A program made the position numbers and the translations under genes. A stretch of 50,526 bases of DNA from Rickettsiales bacterium (GTDB taxonomy: Bacteria; Pseudomonadota; Alphaproteobacteria; Rickettsiales; SXRF01). The notes beneath the pieces are model-generated. The model was not told the DNA's origin, made no database searches, and saw only the letters and a program-made list of their open reading frames with translations. The stretch is taken from contig CANHDY010000003.1 of assembly GCA_947459535.1 (NCBI GenBank), positions 1-50,526 on the forward strand, written 5' to 3'. Of this stretch, positions 1-8,839 are shown in pieces (positions within the stretch are counted from its first letter, which is position 1; the number at the start of each line of letters is the position of its first letter).

Positions 1-106
1 AAACCGTGGCTCGGCTCACACCATATAAACGAGCGGCTTCCGACTTGCTTCCACCATTCGCGACGTGCTTGTTAACAAGACGCCTTATATCTTTGCTATA
101 GCTCAT
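1..106 (-). CDS. IS630-family transposase, N-terminal HTH fragment (partial)
   Basis: Not in the ORF track. Manual translation from ATG at 106 gives MSYSKDIRRLVNKHVANGGSKSEAARLYGVSRATV, matching the IS630 N-terminal pattern MxYSxDLR...GGSxxEAAxxFxVSRxT. Confidence 0.8.
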   Translation of the reverse strand, partial: MSYSKDIRRLVNKHVANGGSKSEAARLYGVSRATV

Positions 107-147
107 CCCCGAACTATAACATGTATAATTATTTATTCAAGTGAGTA
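1..147 (-). mobile_element. Left end of an IS630-family insertion sequence, running off the window edge
   Basis: Transposase N-terminus starts at 106 on the minus strand. The element end (TACTCACTTGAATAAATAA on minus) abuts a TA at 148-149, exactly where the pilin-like reading frame breaks. TA targeting is typical of IS630. Confidence 0.75.
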
Positions 148-801
148 TATATTATAGGCCTTGATGGGTAATAATACTGCATAAGAGCCGGCTCCAGTTT
201 CAAATGGATCCCCCGTGAGCCAGAAATAATGCCCTGTATTGGTAAAATATCCATTAGTTAAAAGTACATCTTGAGCATTAAAATATAAAACACTCCAAAC
301 AGGCCTGCCCCCATATTGTCCGCCGCCAGTAATTGCTGCTGGAATAGTGGCGTTGATAAATCCTCTCGTCCAAGTCACGGTGCCTAATTTAACATCCCCC
401 ACCATTCCTGCCTGTTGTAACCACCACCATGCCTGCTCAATTTCAAAATTGCCTGTCGGGGAAGTGGAGCTGATATCATCGAAGACGACTGTGTTTCTTA
501 TGAAACCATCTCCATTACCATCTTCTATGCTGCCAGCAACAACCAACGGATAGGGCGATACGGTCGTAGTAAACCCAAGCCTTCCAGCATTTTTGCAATC
601 TCCGGGTAAGCAATTATATTTTAATCGAAACGCCATGATAGCCGTATCGAATTGTTCCGGCTGTTTAATAAGACGGCGGATTTCTGCGCTGGTGATTAAA
701 TCACGCCCGACTAACACCCCACCGATGACAAGGCCAATAACGATCATCACGATGGCAATCTCGATAAGGGTAAAGCCAACGATGAACTTACGATGCTGCA
801 T
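133..801 (-). pseudogene. Type IV pilin/pseudopilin-like protein, 3' end disrupted by IS630
   Basis: Prepilin cleavage motif G|FTLIEIAIVMIVIGLVIGG. The last codons (YSLE*) are read from the IS end. Related proteins usually continue with a DxKxDDG motif after AYNI. Confidence 0.75.
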
Positions 802-1346
802 TTATCAACTTTGCAATCAGTAGATTAATAAATAACCAGGTATTGGTTGCCTACCGAATGGATTGATCACGTGGCTTCCATGCCTGATATTCTATTAGAA
901 AAGTTTTATTAAGGCAATCTGCAACAAAGTATAAACTTAAAAAACAATGGCTATTCTGAAAAACAAAAGCCATCCTACCCCCCCTCATCGTAAGCGCGCG
1001 CGAACATGTGATGCCACTCAACTATTTTCTGGCCTGATAATTGCATAAATATTAACACCATCTTTGAAACCCTCTGGCAGGAAAATCTATGCAGCTCATA
1101 CAGAACAATCTTTACACTTCTAGTGCATCAATCCTTAGCGGGCGCAGCCACCCACCACGCGCCGCGCTGGGGCGTAGTAATAGATCATCCTAATACCGCT
1201 CTAATAGCCTTGTGCTGCTTGTGTGAGTGGTTCAAACCCAAAATACCGCCCCAAATTAGCATCAGGGGACTTGAGTAATTTTCCCACCCCTTGTAAAGTC
1301 TCAAGAAATTGCATTAGGCGGTTCGAACTTTTTCCGCGCTGGTGCA

Positions 1347-1417
1347 CCAGGCTTCGCCCTTACGGGCTACGCCTGGCTTACGCCACCGTAACTCCTCCGA
1401 AGCTTTAGCGAAGGTGG
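1347..1417. repeat. Two REP-like GC-rich hairpins
   Basis: CCAGGC-TTCGCCC-TTAC-GGGCTAC-GCCTGG (1347-1376) and CCTCCGAAGCTTTAGCGAAGGTGG (1394-1417). Confidence 0.6.
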
Positions 1418-1419
1418 AA

Positions 1420-1446
1420 CGGTGAATTTTATTCGGTGAATTTTAT
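1420..1446. repeat. 13-bp direct repeat CGGTGAATTTTAT x2
   Basis: Copies at 1420-1432 and 1434-1446. Confidence 0.8.
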
Positions 1447-1457
1447 AAGGGACAGAA

Positions 1458-1646
1458 ATGTACAAAGATGAAATCGAAGAGATTATCAAAGACGCTGAAA
1501 AATCTCTTAACCCCAAACCTTCAGAAAACAGGCAAGGATTGTATATTGCAATATTTATTATGGGAATGCTTGTCGGGGTGCTACTCGCTGGTTATGCAAT
1601 TAATGAATCTAAAAATTCTACTTATCGCGAAGACCTTCTATATTGA
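1458..1646 (+). CDS. Small hypothetical protein with one transmembrane segment
   Basis: 62-aa ORF with an AAGGGA RBS-like sequence and hydrophobic stretch LYIAIFIMGMLVGVLLAGYAI; AT-rich. Confidence 0.45.
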   Translation: MYKDEIEEIIKDAEKSLNPKPSENRQGLYIAIFIMGMLVGVLLAGYAINESKNSTYREDLLY

Positions 1647-1751
1647 ACAAACTAAAAGCATACGGTGCGGTCTTAATATTATTTTTACAATCAGTGCGAT
1701 GTTTAAGTACAATAATCTCACTACAAGCTTTTTCACACTACAATTGAAGCA

Positions 1752-1780
1752 TTGAAACAGGCATCAAATGATGCTATTAT
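1752..1780 (+). promoter_or_regulatory. vapBC promoter with an operator palindrome
   Basis: TTGAAA-N17-TATTAT, with the inverted repeat GCATCA-AA-TGATGC (1761-1774) in the spacer, typical of toxin-antitoxin autorepression. Confidence 0.6.
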
Positions 1781-1806
1781 CGTGCCTGTTAAGTTGAGAG
1801 AGTGGT

Positions 1807-2004
1807 ATGCGGACGACGATAGCGCTGGATGATGAGCTGGTGGCCAAGGCGCAGGCCTTTACCGGGCTTAAAGAAAAATCTTCCTTAATCCACGAGGCAT
1901 TAAAAGCGCTGGTTGCGCGTGAGAGCGCGCGGCGGCTGGCGCTGCTTGGTGGCAGTGCGCCGGCACTGAAAGCACCGCGGCGGCGGCGCTCTAAAGCGCG
2001 ATGA
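1807..2004 (+). CDS. vapB: VapB antitoxin
   Basis: MRTTIALDDELV...EALKALVARESARRLALLGGS pattern; overlaps the downstream PIN gene by ATGA. Confidence 0.92.
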   Translation: MRTTIALDDELVAKAQAFTGLKEKSSLIHEALKALVARESARRLALLGGSAPALKAPRRRRSKAR

Positions 2005-2369
2005 TTCTGGTGGATACCTCCATCTGGGTCGATCACCTACGCCGCGGTGACGAAAAACTTGCTGCGCTGCTGAATGATGGGCTGGTGCTGCTTCATTGTT
2101 TTGTTATTGGCGAGCTGGCTCTAGGTAATTTACCGCGACGCAAGCAAGTTTTAGATTCATTGCAAGATTTGCCATTAGCGAACCAAGCCAGTGATGCAGA
2201 AGTGTTTGATTTTATCAATCGCCACGCCTTGCCCGGTCTGGGCATTGGTTATGTGGATGCTCATCTGCTTGCAGCGGCGCGGTTAAACGGCGTGCGGCTA
2301 TGGACAAGGGATAAGCGCCTGCGCGAGGCGGCCATTAAGCTGGGACTTGCCTATGGGGAGGGGGTGTGA
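2001..2369 (+). CDS. vapC: VapC PIN-domain toxin
   Basis: MILVDTSIWVDH...GELALG...YVDAHLLAAA...LWTRDKRL PIN motifs. Confidence 0.93.
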   Translation: MILVDTSIWVDHLRRGDEKLAALLNDGLVLLHCFVIGELALGNLPRRKQVLDSLQDLPLANQASDAEVFDFINRHALPGLGIGYVDAHLLAAARLNGVRLWTRDKRLREAAIKLGLAYGEGV

Positions 2370-3523
2370 TGCGGCTTGGTTTGGCAGTATTGCTGCTGCT
2401 TTTTTCTGCGCAGCAGGCGGCGGCGAAATCGGCGATTTTTTTTCATCCCGATGGCATGGGGGTGAATAGCTGGCAGGCGATGCGCTACCAGACGGTGGGT
2501 GCGCAGGGGGCGCTGAATTGGGACAAGGTGACGCATATGGGCGTGTATGTCGGCACGATGGAAGACAGCCTCGTTGCCAGCTCCCACGGCGCGGCGACCA
2601 CCCATGCGTATGGTGTGAAGGTGCCGCGCGACAGTTTTGGCATCAGTCGCGGGCATCCGATTCGTTCCGCTAGCGGATTTGATGGCAGCATCACTCAGCA
2701 GGCGCGTGCCAGAGGGCTGAAAACCGCACTGGTTAATTCCGGCAGCATCATGGAGCCGGGTACGGCGGCGTTTGTGGCGCGCGCAAAAAATCGCAAAGAT
2801 CATGATGATATTGCCGATCAGGTGACCCGAAGCGGTGTGGATGTGATTCTCTCCGGCGGTGAGCGCCATTTGCTGCCAGAGGGTGTGCGTGGTCGTCATG
2901 GTATTGGTACGCGGGGCGATGGCCGCAACCTGATCGAGGAAGCACAAAAGCTTGGCTACCATGTGGTGTATACGCGCGAGGAACTTAATGAAGCGGTGAA
3001 GGCCAGGCCTGCGAAGCTGCTCGGTGTGTTTGCCGAGGAGCATAGCTTTTTTGACAAAGATGAAAGCCGGCCAACTTACCTTGAAAGCGCGCCGACCATT
3101 GCCGAGATGATGCAGGCGGCAATCACGCTCTTTAAAGGGCATGATTTTCTGATGGTGGCGGAAGAAGAGGGCACGGATAATTTTGCTAATGAGGGACGGC
3201 CGCAGGCGGTGATGGAAGCGGCGCGGCGCGCGGATGAGGCGATTGGCGTGATGCTGCGGGCGGCTGAGCAAGACCGTGGATTGTTGCTGCTGACGGTGTC
3301 GGACAGCGATGCGGGCGGCCTTCAGCTGCAAGCGGACGAGGATGGCGGCGTGCTGCTGCGACCTGTCGGCCGCGCGGATTATGCGGGCGGCATTCTTGCC
3401 CGCAGCAACCGGGTGCTGCCTGCGGTGGTGGATAATACCGCGATTTTTTCGCTGCTTGCCTGCCACCTGTTTGCTGTGTGCGGTAAACCGCAATCATCTA
3501 TCGGTGTGGTTGAACTAATCTGA
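2366..3523 (+). CDS. Alkaline phosphatase family protein (secreted)
   Basis: Signal peptide; HPDGMG metal motif; SSHGAATT nucleophile region; VDVILSGG; LLGVF; EEEGTDN. Confidence 0.85.
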   Translation: MMRLGLAVLLLLFSAQQAAAKSAIFFHPDGMGVNSWQAMRYQTVGAQGALNWDKVTHMGVYVGTMEDSLVASSHGAATTHAYGVKVPRDSFGISRGHPIRSASGFDGSITQQARARGLKTALVNSGSIMEPGTAAFVARAKNRKDHDDIADQVTRSGVDVILSGGERHLLPEGVRGRHGIGTRGDGRNLIEEAQKLGYHVVYTREELNEAVKARPAKLLGVFAEEHSFFDKDESRPTYLESAPTIAEMMQAAITLFKGHDFLMVAEEEGTDNFANEGRPQAVMEAARRADEAIGVMLRAAEQDRGLLLLTVSDSDAGGLQLQADEDGGVLLRPVGRADYAGGILARSNRVLPAVVDNTAIFSLLACHLFAVCGKPQSSIGVVELI

Positions 3524-3670
3524 GTTGATTAGTCTACTTTTATACGCAGCCGTATGAGGCGCTTCTATCTATGTGGCTGTAAATAATTGCCAATCCTTTA
3601 ATTGACAGCGCCCTGCTTCAGGCATAAACTTATAGTTGTTATTCTAACTATTTATTTTTGCGGGTATGAT

Positions 3671-4303
3671 ATGCGGGTGGGCAGTTCGGCATTGCTGCGC
3701 CGCGGGGCGCAGGCAAAATATACGGCAATTTTACGCGCAGCCAGCCGACTTTTTCTCAGGCATGGCTACACGCGCACCAGCATGGATGCGGTGGCGAAGG
3801 AAGCTGACGTTTCCAAGCAGACTGTTTATAGCTATTTCAAAAATAAAGATGAGCTATTCTGCCGGATGATTGAGGAGGAGTGCGCGCGTCACACGCCGCC
3901 AGACTCAATGCTCGAAGATGCGGCGCTCAGTATGGAAAACGCACTGTTTAAAATCGGTATGGGCTTTATTGATATGATCAGCAGCCCGCGCGGCCTTGCG
4001 ATTCACCGGCTGGTGATGGCCGAGGTGGAGCGCCACCCCCGCGTGGCCAAGCTGTTTTACGATTCCGGTCCGCTGCAGATGCAGGGATTGCTGGTACGTT
4101 ATCTGAACCGGCAGGTGCAGCTGGGAGCGTTGGTGATTGACGACATTGAGCGCGCCGCTTCAGATTTTTTTGCATTGGTGAAAGGGCGCTATCATCTGCG
4201 GATGCAGCTGCGCGTTAAACCACTGCCCACCAGCAGAGATATAGAAAAGCATCTGCATGATACGGTGCAGGTGTTTTTGAAGATTTACGGCAGTAAAAAT
4301 TAG
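3671..4303 (+). CDS. TetR/AcrR family transcriptional regulator
   Basis: AILRAASRLFLRHGYTRTSMDAVAKEADVSKQTVYSYFKNKDELF HTH; start moved to the ATG at 3671. Confidence 0.92.
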   Translation: MRVGSSALLRRGAQAKYTAILRAASRLFLRHGYTRTSMDAVAKEADVSKQTVYSYFKNKDELFCRMIEEECARHTPPDSMLEDAALSMENALFKIGMGFIDMISSPRGLAIHRLVMAEVERHPRVAKLFYDSGPLQMQGLLVRYLNRQVQLGALVIDDIERAASDFFALVKGRYHLRMQLRVKPLPTSRDIEKHLHDTVQVFLKIYGSKN

Positions 4304-4327
4304 ACCTGGCGTGAATATCCGCACGGT

Positions 4328-4750
4328 CTAGTAAAGATGGCGCTTCAGCAAATCGCGAAGCGTGACCAATTCCTGGCGAACCACTGTCAGCTGGTTGAGT
4401 TTCTTTTCACCAATACCGCCAGATGCGCTGCTCGTGGCTGAAATTTCTGCCGCATCTTTACCGATGGCTTTGCGCGCTCCCTCAATGGTGTAGCCCTGAT
4501 GATAAAGCAGATCCTTGATGGTGGCAATCAGCGCTACATCCTGCGGGCGATAATAGCGCCGGCTGCCGCGCATTTTAAGTGGCTTGATTTGCGGAAACCG
4601 TGTTTCCCAGAAACGCAGCACATGCTGCGGTACACCCAGAGAGTCTGCCACTTCGCTGATCGTGCGAAAAGCTTGCGCCGATTTCTCAACTCCGGCGCGT
4701 GGCGCGCCAGTTTCTTCGAGTAATAGTTCGGGCGGGCTTGCTGGGTTCAC
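4328..4750 (-). CDS. MerR-family regulator (conserved downstream of ihfA)
   Basis: [13 protein letters not shown]...[25 protein letters not shown]; canonical alphaproteobacterial fabH-ihfA-merR order. Confidence 0.92.
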   Translation of the reverse strand: MNPASPPELLLEETGAPRAGVEKSAQAFRTISEVADSLGVPQHVLRFWETRFPQIKPLKMRGSRRYYRPQDVALIATIKDLLYHQGYTIEGARKAIGKDAAEISATSSASGGIGEKKLNQLTVVRQELVTLRDLLKRHLY

Positions 4751-4792
4751 AGATTGGCGCTCCTTATGCCCTCAGCATGGACTCAGGAAGGG

Positions 4793-5134
4793 TTAAAGAC
4801 CCTGCTTGGCCAGCTGCTCGTTCACCTTGGCTTTTAAAAGGTTTGAAGCATTGAATGAGAGCACGGTACGCGCCGTGATAGGCACTTCCACGCCGGTTTT
4901 CGGATTGCGACCCATGCGCTGCTTTTTGTGGCGCAGGTTGAACGTGCCAAACGACGAGAGCTTCACGCTATCGCCCTGTTCCAGTGCGGTGCAGATTTCC
5001 TCGATCACCGAATCAACAAGTGCATTGCACTCCTGCAGCGACAGGCCAATTTGTTTATAGATGGCATTGCTGAGGTCAGCGCGGGTGAGAGTTTTACCTT
5101 CGTCGGTGATGATATCGGTCATGGCAGGGCTCAT
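4793..5134 (-). CDS. ihfA: Integration host factor alpha
   Basis: TLTRADL...VKLSSFGTF...GRNPKTGVEVPI. Confidence 0.95.
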   Translation of the reverse strand: MSPAMTDIITDEGKTLTRADLSNAIYKQIGLSLQECNALVDSVIEEICTALEQGDSVKLSSFGTFNLRHKKQRMGRNPKTGVEVPITARTVLSFNASNLLKAKVNEQLAKQGL

Positions 5135-5187
5135 TGTTTGATGATGAATGGCACCAGTATAGCGTTTTTTAGAATAAAATCAAGTAT

Positions 5188-6150
5188 CTACCAGCGAAGC
5201 AGCGCGCAGCCCCAGGTAAAGCCCGCGCCCATGGCCGGGCAGGCGATAAGCTGGCCGGGCTTCAGGCGGCCATCCTTGGCCGCCACATGCAGCGCCAGCG
5301 GGATGGAAGCCGCCGAGGTATTGGCGTGCAGGGGCACGGTGGAAATCAGCTTTTCGGGGGGTAGTCCAAGCTTTTCGCCGACACTGGCCAGAATACGCTG
5401 GTTGGCCTGATGCGGGGCGATCCAGTCAATATCACTGGCTGTAAGCCCGTTTTCTGAAAGCACCGCGAGTGTTGCTTCCGGCATTTTGGCCACGGCATGG
5501 CGATAAACCTCTTTGCCGGCCATGGAAAGCACGCCCGCTTTCTGATTGGTGGCGACACCACCGCTGGTTATCAGCATGGAACCAAACGCGCCATCGGAAT
5601 AGATGCGCGAGCCGATAATGCCGCGATTCTCCCCCTCGCGTGCTTCCAGCAGCACCGCCGCTGCGCCATCGCCAAACAGGATGCAGGTGGTGCGATCCTG
5701 CCAGTCGATAATGCGCGAGAAAATTTCTGCGCCGATGACCAGCGCGCGATTGGCCTGTGCGTTTTTCAACATGGCATCGGCGACACTGAGCGCATAGACA
5801 AAGCCGCTGCAGGCGGCATTCAGATCAAACGCAGCGCCTGCTTTCATGCCAAGCTTGTGCTGCACTTTCGTGGCGGTTGCGGGCAGGGTATCGTCCGGTG
5901 TGGCGGTGGCGACGATGATGAGGTCAACCGATTCTGCCCCTACGCCAGCACGCTCCAGAGCTTGCTTCGCGGCGTGGGCTGCGAGGTCGGAGGTGAGCTC
6001 ATTGTCTGCTGCCAGGTGGCGCTGGCGGATGCCAGTGCGCTCAACGATCCACTCATCGCTCGTGTCGACCAGCTTTGCCAGCTCATGGTTGGTCATCACG
6101 CGCTGGGGTAAATAGGCGCCTGTGGAAAGAATGATACTACGGCGCATCAA
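5188..6150 (-). CDS. fabH: 3-oxoacyl-ACP synthase III
   Basis: AACSGF, FGDGA, PHQANQRI and NTSAASIP motifs. Confidence 0.97.
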   Translation of the reverse strand: MMRRSIILSTGAYLPQRVMTNHELAKLVDTSDEWIVERTGIRQRHLAADNELTSDLAAHAAKQALERAGVGAESVDLIIVATATPDDTLPATATKVQHKLGMKAGAAFDLNAACSGFVYALSVADAMLKNAQANRALVIGAEIFSRIIDWQDRTTCILFGDGAAAVLLEAREGENRGIIGSRIYSDGAFGSMLITSGGVATNQKAGVLSMAGKEVYRHAVAKMPEATLAVLSENGLTASDIDWIAPHQANQRILASVGEKLGLPPEKLISTVPLHANTSAASIPLALHVAAKDGRLKPGQLIACPAMGAGFTWGCALLRW

Positions 6151-7220
6151 TCCGCCTCGCCTTCCAGCGCATCCAGCGGCACACCGGGCATGGCCGGCGG
6201 TGTCGAGAGCTTGATTTCCTGCATGATGCGCTGGTTGATATGGTGGGCAACCAGCTCAATTGCTACACTCACGGCGTTGCAAAATCCTTTCGCGTCGGCA
6301 CCGCCATGGCTTTTCACCGCAATGCCACCAAGGCCAAGGAACATCGCGCCGTTGCGCTTGCGGTCATCCAGCTTGTCTTTCACCACGCCCAGCGCACCGG
6401 CTGCCATCAGCCCGCCTAGGCGCGCCGGAATTGAGCTTGAGAAAGCCTCGCGCATGTAGGTGCGGATCAGACGGGCAGCGCCTTCTGCTGTTTTCAGGGC
6501 GACATTGCCGGTGAAACCATCCGTCACCACGACATCCACCGTACCCATCGCAATATCATTGCCTTCGACAAAGCCATGGAAATTCAAATCCAGACCGGAT
6601 GATTCAATCAGTCTGCGCGCATCTTTCACTTCGTCGCGGCCTTTCAGGTCTTCCGAGCCAACATTCAGCAGCCCGATTTTGGGTCTGGAAAGTCCGAGCA
6701 CCGCGCGCGCATACGCATCGCCCATCACGGCGAAGCGAAATAGATCCTGCGCGTCACATTCAACATTGGCTCCCAGATCCAGCATCACACACTCGCCTTT
6801 GAGTGTTGGGAAAAGTGCTGCAATTGCCGGGCGCGATACGCCGGGGAGTGTGCGCAGAATGAGTTTGGACATGGCCATGAGTGCGCCGGTATTGCCCGCG
6901 GAAACCACTGCGCAGGCTTTTTCTTCTTTCACCGACTCAATGGCCAGCCACATGCTGGATTTTCGGCCGCGACGCACCGCGACGGATGGCTTATCATCAC
7001 CCGCAATAACCTCTTCGGTATGCACAATCTCACAATGCTTGGCCAGCTGGCCGAGATCAGCAAGCAGCGGCTCTAAGATATAGCGATTGCCAAACAGAAG
7101 AAAACGGCTGCCGGGGTGGCGAATAAGCGCCAGCTGGGCGCCTTTGAGCACGGCGTGCGGGGCATGATCACCGCCCATCGCATCCAGCGCAATCGGGAGT
7201 CTCAGTTTACTTGCAGCCAT
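6147..7220 (-). CDS. plsX: Phosphate acyltransferase
   Basis: IALDAMGGDHAP, SAGNTGA, DGFTGNVALK, KSHG. Confidence 0.97.
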   Translation of the reverse strand: MAASKLRLPIALDAMGGDHAPHAVLKGAQLALIRHPGSRFLLFGNRYILEPLLADLGQLAKHCEIVHTEEVIAGDDKPSVAVRRGRKSSMWLAIESVKEEKACAVVSAGNTGALMAMSKLILRTLPGVSRPAIAALFPTLKGECVMLDLGANVECDAQDLFRFAVMGDAYARAVLGLSRPKIGLLNVGSEDLKGRDEVKDARRLIESSGLDLNFHGFVEGNDIAMGTVDVVVTDGFTGNVALKTAEGAARLIRTYMREAFSSSIPARLGGLMAAGALGVVKDKLDDRKRNGAMFLGLGGIAVKSHGGADAKGFCNAVSVAIELVAHHINQRIMQEIKLSTPPAMPGVPLDALEGEAD

Positions 7221-7320
7221 GTGGATTCGTGGTTGTCGTGGTTATCGTATTGATCGTGATTATCGTAGCTATAGCGTTTCAGGATAATCTCGACAACCAC
7301 GAATCACGACAATCACGTGG
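7221..7320. repeat. Degenerate 9-mer tandem repeat with inverted copies
   Basis: TCGTGGTTG TCGTGGTTA TCGTATTGA TCGTGATTA TCGTAGCTA (7227-7271), then inverted units CGACAACCA/CGAATCA/CGACAATCA. Confidence 0.8.
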
Positions 7321-7503
7321 TTAGCGGTTCACCTTAGACTTCGTGACCTGACGGCCTTTGTAGTAACCATCGGGCGAAACATGATGGGGGCGCTTGAGTT
7401 CGCCGGTGGTTTTATCTTCCACCACAGTTACTTTATCGAGCGCGTGGTGCGAGCGGCGCATGTTGCGGGCGCTGGGGGTCTTTTTTCGCTTGGGTACAGC
7501 CAT
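7321..7503 (-). CDS. rpmF: 50S ribosomal protein L32
   Basis: [19 protein letters not shown]...RPHH...GYYKGRQV. Confidence 0.96.
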   Translation of the reverse strand: MAVPKRKKTPSARNMRRSHHALDKVTVVEDKTTGELKRPHHVSPDGYYKGRQVTKSKVNR

Positions 7504-7579
7504 GGTCAAACATCCTTATTTTTTTGTGAGGGAGCCTTATACAGCAAGAACCGCTGGCTTGGAAAGCAGTTTTTTAAGC

Positions 7580-8815
7580 TTAAACGGCAAGCTTTCTAAG
7601 CAGCTCGGATTCGGCCTGACCACCGTACATGTAGTCACGGGTGATTGGCAAGGCATTGATTTTCTTTGAAAACTGGATCTGCCACGCCATGGTTCCGGAG
7701 TAGATCATCGCCAGTTCGCAGCCGGTTAGGTACAGGTCGAACATGCGGTAAAACACCTCGCCATTCATGGCGCGGATGCGCTCGCTGTTAGCACGGTAGC
7801 GTTTTTTCCACTCGCGCAGCGTGTAGGAATAGTGCAGGCGCAGCACCTCGGCATCGGTCACCCAGAAGCCAGCTTTTTCGATAAAGGGGATGGTCTCCGA
7901 AAGCGCCGGCAGGTAGCCTTTTCTGAACATGTATTTTTCCAGCCATGGCTGCGTGGCGAGCGAGGGTTTGTTATAGCCGATCGAGTGCAGCAGCATGAGG
8001 CCATCTTCTTTCATCAGCTCATGCACTTTGCCAAAATATTCCGGATAGTGAGGCAGGCCAACATGCTCGAACATGCCCACCGAAACAATGCGATCAAAAG
8101 TCTCGCTCACGTGGCGATAATCCTGCAGTCGGATATCGATTTTATCTTGCAGCCCGGCGGCTTTCACACGCTCTACGGCCAGCTGGTGCTGCTGCGCCGA
8201 AAGTGTGACACCCACGACGCTCACGCCTTTTTGCTTCGCCATTTCCATCGCAAGCCCGCCCCAGCCGCAGCCAATATCCAGCACGCGCTGGCCGGGCGAT
8301 AAATTTAGCTTGGCGATGATGTGGTTTTTCTTATTGATTTGTGCCTGTTCCAGCGTGTCGTGCTCGCTTTTGAAATAGGCGCAGGAATACTGCATGTCCT
8401 TGTCGAGAAACAGCTGGTAGAGCTCATTGGAAATATCGTAGTGGAACTGGATATTTTTGGTGGCGTTGCCGATGGCGTTATTCTGCCAGATGCGGCGCAG
8501 CGCATAGCGCGCCAGCGTGATGGCTTTTGCAAAAGGAAAATCACGAAACGCCTGGTTGTTGGCCGCCAGCACGCGCAGAAATTTATCAAGATCACCGTCA
8601 TCAATCGTCATCGTGCCGAACATGTAGGCCTCCGGCAGGTTGATCGATGGGTTAGTGACCAGCTTCCAATGCAGCGCTTTATCATGCAGCGTAATCGCGG
8701 TGGATTCGCCCGGGCTACCTGCATAGTGGTGGCGTTTGCCGGTGGCATCGGTGACGGTGAGTTCGCCGCGTTTGATGATATGGCGAAAGAGCGCGCCGGC
8801 GGGAAAATCGAGCAT
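7580..8815 (-). CDS. cfa: Cyclopropane-fatty-acyl-phospholipid synthase family SAM methyltransferase
   Basis: HYDISNE, MQYSCAYF, LDIGCGWGG, VSVGMFEHVG. Confidence 0.93.
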   Translation of the reverse strand: MLDFPAGALFRHIIKRGELTVTDATGKRHHYAGSPGESTAITLHDKALHWKLVTNPSINLPEAYMFGTMTIDDGDLDKFLRVLAANNQAFRDFPFAKAITLARYALRRIWQNNAIGNATKNIQFHYDISNELYQLFLDKDMQYSCAYFKSEHDTLEQAQINKKNHIIAKLNLSPGQRVLDIGCGWGGLAMEMAKQKGVSVVGVTLSAQQHQLAVERVKAAGLQDKIDIRLQDYRHVSETFDRIVSVGMFEHVGLPHYPEYFGKVHELMKEDGLMLLHSIGYNKPSLATQPWLEKYMFRKGYLPALSETIPFIEKAGFWVTDAEVLRLHYSYTLREWKKRYRANSERIRAMNGEVFYRMFDLYLTGCELAMIYSGTMAWQIQFSKKINALPITRDYMYGGQAESELLRKLAV

Positions 8816-8839
8816 GGCAGGTATCCTTGCTAATGAGGG

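Noticed and set aside
1168-1254. Intact tRNA gene (Gln-like 5' end TGGGGCGTAG)
   Set aside because: Acceptor-like pairing exists, but the D, anticodon and T arms do not fold canonically; kept only as a possible remnant.
1468-1755. 95-aa ORF overlapping the small membrane protein
   Set aside because: Alternate frame with no recognisable motifs or RBS.
2351-3493. Long antisense ORFs (e.g. 2351-3493, 26646-27611, 23193-23906)
   Set aside because: Shadows of high-GC coding genes on the opposite strand, with no family motifs.
7221-7320. CRISPR array
   Set aside because: Units are 9 bp with no spacers, and there are no cas genes in the window.
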